64,000 nucleotides of DNA from a virus. Location: positions 64,001 to 128,000 of the IMG/VR virus record IMGVR_UViG_3300023174_000053; one strand, written 5' to 3'. The notes under the pieces are model-generated. The model searched no databases. It saw only the letters and a list, made by a program, of their open reading frames with translations, and had not been told where the DNA came from. Within the stretch, counting starts at the first letter, position 1. Every line of letters starts with the position of its first letter. Below are positions 57,801 to 64,000 of the stretch, piece by piece. A program made the translations under genes and the position numbers.

Positions 57801-60800
57801 ATGAGTACGAACTAGATAAAGAATTTTCTGGTAAATATGGATTTATTGAAAATGTTTCTGTTGGTGAATTATATGGACCATATTTATGATTTTGTGTTGC
57901 AAGTCTAAATCTAATACTTTTTGATCCTAAAGATCCAACTACTGTTTCTCCAGCAGTAAAAGTTCCACTAGACATTGAAACTTCAATTAATTTTGGTATA
58001 ACATATGAAGTCATATCAACATTATCAAAAAATGCATAAACTCTTGAGGATGGTTTCAATGCCTTAGAAATAATTTCAATATTTCTAGATCTCATTGTTG
58101 TTATAATTTCTCTAGAAACAATTTTATCTCCAAGATTTTTTGAATCAAATCTTTCTTTAACACCAAATTGAATTCCTTGCCTGGATTGTTTTGTTGCTGT
58201 AGTGACTGTTTGATTTTTAAATTCTATAAAATCACTTACAGTTGTTGTTGTATCAGTTACCTGTCTTCTGCCTCCACCTGGATCAAAAGTTGTTGTGGAA
58301 CTTGTACTTCCAGTTTGTAATCTACCCAAAGATGGACCATTAAAGGTGTTGGTTCCAGTCCAAGTAGTTTCCCAAGCATTCCAATCAATTGGAGAAAGAC
58401 CAGTATTGCTATCTACACCAAGTTGTTGTATTGTTGTATTATAATTACCTTCAATGTCATCAATTCTTTCGGATCTTCTTGTTTCATTCCAAGTATCACT
58501 TGATGGATTTAATTGAATTGAACCAATCCAGTTAATTACATTAAATGGATTTACATTTTCACTTCTTGTAGCAAATTGATTTTTTACATATTCAACCTCA
58601 GAATAATTTAAACAAACAACATCTCCAATTCTTTTTATATTTGGTGAACCCAAATCACTAACAAAACGCAAATCAGCATCTGGATTTGATGTTTGTCCAA
58701 TTCCAATAACTGCTTCAGATCCTAAAAGTAAATCTATAGAAGTTGTATAATGGGTTGGTTTCAATATCCCATTAGCAGTATCGATACTTGCTTTATAGTC
58801 CCTATTTGTTATTTCTCCACCATTATAGGATCTAAAATTATCAACAAAGAAACCACATTTAAATCTATCTAATTTTGTTGTGGTGTCTCTTATTGTTAAA
58901 TTTTGAGTATCTGTTTCCAGTAAAGATAGTGACGTATAATATTCAACATTTGAAAGTCTATCTTCCAATCTGGAGATATCTTTCATTGTATATCGTTTGT
59001 GTTGCACTAAAGATGTTGATGCATCTTCTGAATTATTTAAATAAGCAGGTAAACGAATTGTTGCTATTTCTAAACAAGAATCTAAACCATTTGGAAGTTT
59101 TGGTTGGAGTGATGGAACCCCCTTGTTTACAATAAATGAACCTTCTTTTGTTAAGAATAATTTATCAATTCTTGGTAAATAATAATCATAAGATAAATTT
59201 ATTGCTTTATTTTGTGCAAAGATATTTTGTGTAGAATTTTGTCCAGTAAATAATCTTGATTCATACTCAAATGGTGATTTTGTACCAGAATATGGAGAAA
59301 CTCTTGGTCTTAAATCAATAACATCACTCAGAGATATTCCGTCAACTGATGATATATCATCTCCATATCTATCTTTATCATAAGAATTTACTCCAACAAA
59401 ATCACCAGCATCAGATGAATCAATTGTATAATTATTGTAAATAATTGTAATCTGTTTTGTTGGTGCAGCAACCTGTGGTTTTCTGATAAGTCTTGAAAAA
59501 TCAAGGTATTCTGATCTTTGCCCTTCATCTAAAATAAAGTTAGTTCTAATATTTTTATCACCAACTTGAATTGAGTCAACAGTTCCAGAAATTTGAGATT
59601 CTTCAAACGTAACTTTTTCACCAACAGAAAAAATATTTTCATTTAGATAAACAAATTTCACTTCATTTGTTCCATCATTTGATACTAAACTTGCAACTGC
59701 TCCAGTATCTTTACCAACTATTCTCTCTCCTTTAATTGAATTTAAAATATTTGAATTCAATCCAATTATTGTGATTGCTGGCAATATTGGAGTCGTTGAA
59801 GAAGATGACTCAAAAACCCCAATAACTGATTCTACGTCTGGAACATTTAATGAAATCTCATCATCTTCAACTCTTAAACCATAAACAGTACTAGTAGTTA
59901 ATCCATTTATAGACGTAGAAATACCAGAAGAAGTTTTGTTGATTGTTAGACTAGAGCATCTATTATATGACTTTTTACGAGTTTTTGTGTTTATTTTTTT
60001 AAGAGTAGCAGTCAATATTGCTGCACCATTGCCAGTAATATTTTGAATTGATATAGTTCTTCCACTTGGAACTAATTTTTGATTGTCTAATGCTACTACA
60101 GTTCCATCATTATAGGCCAAATTATAATCTTCTTCATCAAACGGTTCAAATGTTAATGAAGTGTCTGTTTCTAATGTATTACTATATGCGTTGTTTGCTA
60201 TAGTAATATTATAAGATTTTTTGAATACTACATCAGAACCAGTTAAATCTAAATTTGAAACTTTTGAGTTATTTAAACGTGCGTATAAAAATGCATTTTT
60301 TGTATTTAAAACATTTAAAGATACTACTTTGAAGTCATTTACAGTAATTGTTGAACTTGGAAGAGCACCAGAACAAACACCAGAAACAGAAGTCGTTGCT
60401 ACAATAGTTAAAGACTTTGAAGATCCACTAACAACAGAAACTTTGTTATAAGTAGGTACACTTTCTCCTTGCTTTGTATATGATACAATATCACCTACAT
60501 TAATTCCAACGTAAAAGTTTTGATTGGAAGTTGTTACTGTGGAAATTCCACTACCACCAGATGTGATGGTAAATTGAGTTCCTGGTTCCGCAACAGATAA
60601 TGTTTTTGATAAAATTGGATCAGCAGTAAAAGTTCCTACACCAGATACAGATTCATTTGCAACTATTTGATGAACATCGGATAAGGAATAATCTTTTGCA
60701 GATGCAATTGTGCGAGAAACATCTAAACCGTTAATTTTGATCTGCTCGTTTGTTATAAATGAACCAGAAACTTGATATAAGGTTAAAGTAGTAGATGCCG

Positions 60801-62295
60801 ATGCATTACTAATCAAATAACCTTTAGCACCACTATTTTTTCCTTCAATGTATGCTGGAGCAGTTTGTGTTAAAGCAGTATTGATCGTTAATACTGTATA
60901 TGTTTGAATATCATAGAGAGAACTTTCAAATTGAGTTGAAGCATTTGAATATGCTGCATTTTTTAATTTTAAATCATAAAGTCTAGCAACTCCAATCTTT
61001 GTTCCAGAAGAAACCCCAACAGTTGATGTTCTATCACTATAAAGACTCACTTGTGTTGTTAAACCAACACCAATAGAACTACGAACATTATTTAATAATA
61101 TTTGTCTTCCAACATTAAATGGAATTGATGCATTCTCTGCTCGTTCTGTTGTTCTTGGTTTTTCTATATCTACAATAGTATTACTAATCGTTTCAATCTC
61201 ATATCCACGAACATAAGCTTTTCCTGGACTTATTGAAATACAAGCAAGATCTTTTGATGGAGTATTTCCTTGTTTAGTTTTTTGATTGGAATAATAAACT
61301 CCATTATTTCCAATTCTATCATTTAATGATTCTTTTACTTGAATATCAAAAGGTCTTACATAATAATCACCAGATTCATCATAAGTTCTTCTTGCTAACT
61401 CATCTTTAATTAAATTATAATCAGTCTTATCTACAAATTTAGTCAATCCACCATTTTCTACTCGCAGCAATTCTACAAAATCCTGATCATTGAAGTCATC
61501 AATTTCTTTTTTGATTAAAGTTGTAGAGATTTTTAATCTATCAGCACCTGGAGCAGCATAATTTGAAAATCCTTGAGCATTATCAAATAAATCATTATAA
61601 TTATTTGTTGCTACAGCAATTTCCTCATCGATCAAAAGACCAACACGATATGTTGGAGTGTTTGCGTATTGGTCTAAAATTGCTACTTGTTTTGGAACAG
61701 TAATGAAAAATCCACGAACAAAATACACACCTTCTTCAATTTTTGCTGCTGATCCTTTACCAACAGAACCAGAAATAATTGAAGTTGCAAAAGATGTGTT
61801 TGTTCTAATTGAAGATAATGTATAATCAACATTTTCTAATGAAATTAAATTTTCACCATCAACAAAAGTTTTACTTGTGAAATTTGTATCACTAGAACTC
61901 TTATATTTTACATATAATGTATAGTTATTTTTTTCTGATTGTGTATTTGTAATATAATTTTCTACTACCGCAGTAACCCCACTTGTTTCCCCTTTTATAC
62001 TTTTACCTACAAACTTATCAATATATGCTGATACGGGAATTCCCAAATGTGTATCATCAATTTGTACATAACTATATTCCGAATCATATCCAATTTGACC
62101 TGGAATGACCATAGAACCTTCTTTGAAGAAGTGTTTCCCAAACTTTTCAACTTGATTTTGTAAAATTGATTGAAGAGTTGTTAATTCCCTTGCTTGAATT
62201 GGAGTTCCTGGTTTAAATAAAACTCTTTGATAACTTTTTTTGTCATCAAAGTCATCAAAGTATGGAGATACGTTTAGGTTAGTATTCTGTGGCAT
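54850..62295 (-). CDS. Large virion structural protein (VrlC-like)
   Basis: 2481 aa; NLNVSPYFDDF, VLFKPG..IQARELT..QS, APGADR, LARRT.DESG.Y, GFFVDNF, DPLAQSF. Confidence 0.88.
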   Translation of the reverse strand: MPQNTNLNVSPYFDDFDDKKSYQRVLFKPGTPIQARELTTLQSILQNQVEKFGKHFFKEGSMVIPGQIGYDSEYSYVQIDDTHLGIPVSAYIDKFVGKSIKGETSGVTAVVENYITNTQSEKNNYTLYVKYKSSSDTNFTSKTFVDGENLISLENVDYTLSSIRTNTSFATSIISGSVGKGSAAKIEEGVYFVRGFFITVPKQVAILDQYANTPTYRVGLLIDEEIAVATNNYNDLFDNAQGFSNYAAPGADRLKISTTLIKKEIDDFNDQDFVELLRVENGGLTKFVDKTDYNLIKDELARRTYDESGDYYVRPFDIQVKESLNDRIGNNGVYYSNQKTKQGNTPSKDLACISISPGKAYVRGYEIETISNTIVDIEKPRTTERAENASIPFNVGRQILLNNVRSSIGVGLTTQVSLYSDRTSTVGVSSGTKIGVARLYDLKLKNAAYSNASTQFESSLYDIQTYTVLTINTALTQTAPAYIEGKNSGAKGYLISNASASTTLTLYQVSGSFITNEQIKINGLDVSRTIASAKDYSLSDVHQIVANESVSGVGTFTADPILSKTLSVAEPGTQFTITSGGSGISTVTTSNQNFYVGINVGDIVSYTKQGESVPTYNKVSVVSGSSKSLTIVATTSVSGVCSGALPSSTITVNDFKVVSLNVLNTKNAFLYARLNNSKVSNLDLTGSDVVFKKSYNITIANNAYSNTLETDTSLTFEPFDEEDYNLAYNDGTVVALDNQKLVPSGRTISIQNITGNGAAILTATLKKINTKTRKKSYNRCSSLTINKTSSGISTSINGLTTSTVYGLRVEDDEISLNVPDVESVIGVFESSSSTTPILPAITIIGLNSNILNSIKGERIVGKDTGAVASLVSNDGTNEVKFVYLNENIFSVGEKVTFEESQISGTVDSIQVGDKNIRTNFILDEGQRSEYLDFSRLIRKPQVAAPTKQITIIYNNYTIDSSDAGDFVGVNSYDKDRYGDDISSVDGISLSDVIDLRPRVSPYSGTKSPFEYESRLFTGQNSTQNIFAQNKAINLSYDYYLPRIDKLFLTKEGSFIVNKGVPSLQPKLPNGLDSCLEIATIRLPAYLNNSEDASTSLVQHKRYTMKDISRLEDRLSNVEYYTSLSLLETDTQNLTIRDTTTKLDRFKCGFFVDNFRSYNGGEITNRDYKASIDTANGILKPTHYTTSIDLLLGSEAVIGIGQTSNPDADLRFVSDLGSPNIKRIGDVVCLNYSEVEYVKNQFATRSENVNPFNVINWIGSIQLNPSSDTWNETRRSERIDDIEGNYNTTIQQLGVDSNTGLSPIDWNAWETTWTGTNTFNGPSLGRLQTGSTSSTTTFDPGGGRRQVTDTTTTVSDFIEFKNQTVTTATKQSRQGIQFGVKERFDSKNLGDKIVSREIITTMRSRNIEIISKALKPSSRVYAFFDNVDMTSYVIPKLIEVSMSSGTFTAGETVVGSLGSKSIRFRLATQNHKYGPYNSPTETFSINPYLPENSLSSSYSSTTTILNVDTASLEMQVSSGFYGSITKSMQLVGQTSGAIAIISDMRLVADESGVYIGSLFIPDPTIPSTPSFRTGTKTFVLTSSSTNTTVVTSDETTAEVNFTSAGTLDNVENSTLRIRNANVERIPQTDARTFTSSETNLVSSNTSTTTTSESTRWVDPLAQSFEVADTNGVYITKCDIFFKTKDTKGIPVRFQIRTMQTGLPTQTILPFSQVDLHPKDVKTSEDGTVATTFTFPSPVYLEKVGSGYSIVLLSSSDSYNVWISRMGETDISTVNKPDSQKIIVSKQPTLGALFKSQNGSTWTASDLEDLKFTLYRADFVTSPASFRFYNPDLNIGNNQIVTLRKNPLNAYSNSALIGLGNSLSVANQNLLSVGNTISQTSNTNFISNLVSKVGAVGIGSTLTLTNVGSGFTSALTTYSNINLITLTGFGKNAKVNLSVSSGVAVAATITDGGTGYAAGDTLTVSSTDTSNLGKNLILTIPNNVGIISAVNSIIVDNIQGKVNTTSGYTITNNGTEISGATVTSTNNITDGLHFKVNHQNHGMYSPINQVTLSGIESDIAPVKLTADYSSTSTSDITLNSIGTLATFENLAVPGSNSNIGYVIIDNEIIAYTGTNGNTLTGITRGIDNTVPTIHLANASVFKYEFNGVSLRRINKTHKFTDVDLVKYPIELDSYHIKIDQSKSGLVRSSGTELFFKQTKSGGTYSSTPTVGSFNGPKATQNITFNSIRPNIQTLLPETTSIGAKIRTTTGTSVNGNEISFANRGFEDISLNSTNQLSETSAIYSKVNELSNLTTLPGNRSFTMELLLSTGDRKVSPMIDLHRVNIITTMNRINNPVSDFVLEPRVNQLSGDPNAAIYVSKLVKLQKSADSLKVLFDAYRHSSNDIRVMYRLLRNDTPDSQQLYEFFPGYDNLDENGNVISSSKNNGRSDRFVQASNTLNDFGNYEFTGKNITPFNGFQIKIIMTGTNQSYVPLIRDLRAIASI

Positions 62296-62301
62296 TTTTC
62301 T

Positions 62302-63858
62302 TTAGAACTCCAAAACGATTTTAATATCTTCTTTTTGACTTGCTGACCTTGGTATTGGTGGTCTGTTGTCAATATAAATGATTTCACCAGACTTTTTGTT
62401 GTATTCTGCAGATGCAATACCAGCAACAAAGTTGCTTCCCAGTTGATATGTCCTACTATTTATTACAGTACTAATACCAGTAAATGAAGTATCAATACTC
62501 AGTGGTGTTCCAGAAGCAGCACCATTTATTACTAAAGATGAACCAGTAGAACTAAAGTTATTAATTTTATATCCAACACCAACTGTTGCTAGTCCAACTG
62601 GTTGATAATATTTCAAAACACCTGTTACATTGTTCCAAGAAGCAACAAATCCAATTGCAGTAGTTCCAGCACTAATTGTTTGAGTTATTTTTGAATCAAC
62701 TGCATAAGTTGTTAATGTAGTAGCAGCACCAGTTAATTTTAATGCTTTCAAAGCACTTACTTCTGCTGTGGCCAATGGTTCAACATCACTTGTTGTTTTT
62801 GTTGGATTTTTGATAATTCCAATTCTAGCAAAATCATTTCCAATAATAGTATCAGGGTTTGTCTCATCAGTATTATAACGAGAATAAACTAAAACTCTAT
62901 AAGCACCTAGTTCTCTGTAGATATCATACCCATGACCTCCCTTTGGTGGAATAATTACATCAAATTTGGCAATAGTTCCAGTATTTGATAGTGTGTCTGA
63001 AATTCCTGGTGCTCCTGGTTCAAATTGAATAATTCCTTTGGTATATCCAGTTCCACCATCAGTCACATAAGCATCCGAAACTTTTCCAAAAGAATCAACA
63101 ACAACAGTTGCTTTTCCTCCAGTTCCATCACCAAGAATTGGAATATTTGCAAATGTTTTTGAGATTGGGGCATACCCAGAACCTCTATTGGTTATGGTTA
63201 AAATTTGAACCTTTCCGTTGATGGCATTATTTTTAGTTGAAATACTTTCACCGACTGTTCCCCAATCTTCTGGAACTGGAATGAATTCAATAGAATCAAA
63301 TTTTACAATTTCGGATGGTTTGATGGTGTAAAGATATTTCCAAATATAACCATCACCACTCGTTCCTGCAGGTCTTGGTTCTAAATCTACAAAATCTGGT
63401 TGATCTACTGATGGTTTTCCTTTTGTATTTTCTGGATCTGTTCCATTTTGTAAACAAATATAAACTCTCAAATCTTCATTAATTACATAATAGTTTGCAT
63501 CATACAATGATGGGGAGTTTGTAATTGGGGATAAATTGTAAATTGTATAATCATGTCTATACATTTCATAAGTAGTACCACTTCCCCAAGTGTTTTTTCT
63601 TACCATTCTTCTTACGTCACTTCCAGTGACTTTTTTCATAGAAATGATAGTTTCTTTTATTTCATCTTCTTCTTTAAATCCATCCAATGGAGGTAATCCT
63701 TCACCCCAAGACGATGATCCATTTGCTTGAGAATTTAAAGCATTTGGTTGCCCTATAAAAGTATAATAAGTATTGAATGTATTTCCAACACCAACAAGAC
63801 TTTTTGTAAAAGTCTCAGCATTCATTATTCTAAATTGATCTGATATAATTGCAGACAT
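62302..63858 (-). CDS. Baseplate wedge subunit (gp8)
   Basis: MSAII..QFR..NA, W..G..Y.MY, VY.CL.N, DGY.WKYLY, SGEIIYIDNR. Confidence 0.92.
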   Translation of the reverse strand: MSAIISDQFRIMNAETFTKSLVGVGNTFNTYYTFIGQPNALNSQANGSSSWGEGLPPLDGFKEEDEIKETIISMKKVTGSDVRRMVRKNTWGSGTTYEMYRHDYTIYNLSPITNSPSLYDANYYVINEDLRVYICLQNGTDPENTKGKPSVDQPDFVDLEPRPAGTSGDGYIWKYLYTIKPSEIVKFDSIEFIPVPEDWGTVGESISTKNNAINGKVQILTITNRGSGYAPISKTFANIPILGDGTGGKATVVVDSFGKVSDAYVTDGGTGYTKGIIQFEPGAPGISDTLSNTGTIAKFDVIIPPKGGHGYDIYRELGAYRVLVYSRYNTDETNPDTIIGNDFARIGIIKNPTKTTSDVEPLATAEVSALKALKLTGAATTLTTYAVDSKITQTISAGTTAIGFVASWNNVTGVLKYYQPVGLATVGVGYKINNFSSTGSSLVINGAASGTPLSIDTSFTGISTVINSRTYQLGSNFVAGIASAEYNKKSGEIIYIDNRPPIPRSASQKEDIKIVLEF

Positions 63859-63888
63859 TTTAATCGTATACTTTTTTTCTATTTATTA

Positions 63889-64000
63889 CTAAATCAAACC
63901 ACGAGTTCTATAAACTTCTGCTGCTGTAGATAGTCCAGTCAATCCATTATTTGTATTTACAACAAAGTCTTTTGGATTTTCTCTTGCTCTATTTTGATAA
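63889..64000 (-). CDS. 3' end of probable baseplate wedge initiator (gp7), partial
   Basis: ...GLTGLSTAAEVYRTRGLI* directly upstream of gp8; synteny. Confidence 0.55.
   Translation of the reverse strand, partial: YQNRARENPKDFVVNTNNGLTGLSTAAEVYRTRGLI

Noticed and set aside
1519-60451. Numerous + strand ORFs in the ORF track (e.g. 2461-2892, 36152-36757, 41509-42180)
   Set aside because: All are antisense shadows of well-supported minus-strand genes, with no recognisable motifs
1-64000. tRNA, rRNA, CRISPR arrays, photosynthesis genes, and inteins in gp41, gp17, gp20 or nrdA
   Set aside because: None recognised by eye; protein lengths are normal and intergenic gaps are short. A tRNAscan/Infernal run would be needed to exclude RNA genes fully

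Overview
64 kb of a T4-like myovirus genome, most consistent with a cyanophage: it carries cyanophage-type nrdAB, regA, Hsp20, MazG, a cytidylyltransferase and a VrlC-like virion protein. Essentially all genes lie on the minus strand. Reading right to left: baseplate gp7 (partial) and gp8, a large virion protein, neck/tail/terminase/portal/head genes (gp13-gp23, gp3), uvsY/uvsW, gp55, gp47/46, gp45/44/62, regA, hsp20, a DNA polymerase split in two by an HNH endonuclease, uvsX, gp41, mazG, probable head-packaged cargo proteins, primase and nrdA/nrdB. The most striking observation is at nrdB. Three codons in the C-terminal tail that normally encode Glu read CAA/CAA/CAG (APQQTQVQSY instead of APQETEVESY), including the essential E350 equivalent. 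Directly downstream is a two-gene cassette: a GIY-YIG homing endonuclease and a small Cys-His-Asp (transglutaminase/papain-like) protein. I infer a selfish 'recode-and-repair' element in which DNA recoding gives cleavage immunity and a Gln->Glu deamidase restores the enzyme; this is untested. Other findings include hairpins around late promoters in front of three endonucleases, a ~38-nt promoter-plus-leader element repeated 32 kb apart in opposite orientation, a gene flanked by a duplicated gp44 3' end, a structured RNA leader, and capsid-targeting-like N-termini. Gene calls rest on recognised motifs and synteny only; no searches were run.
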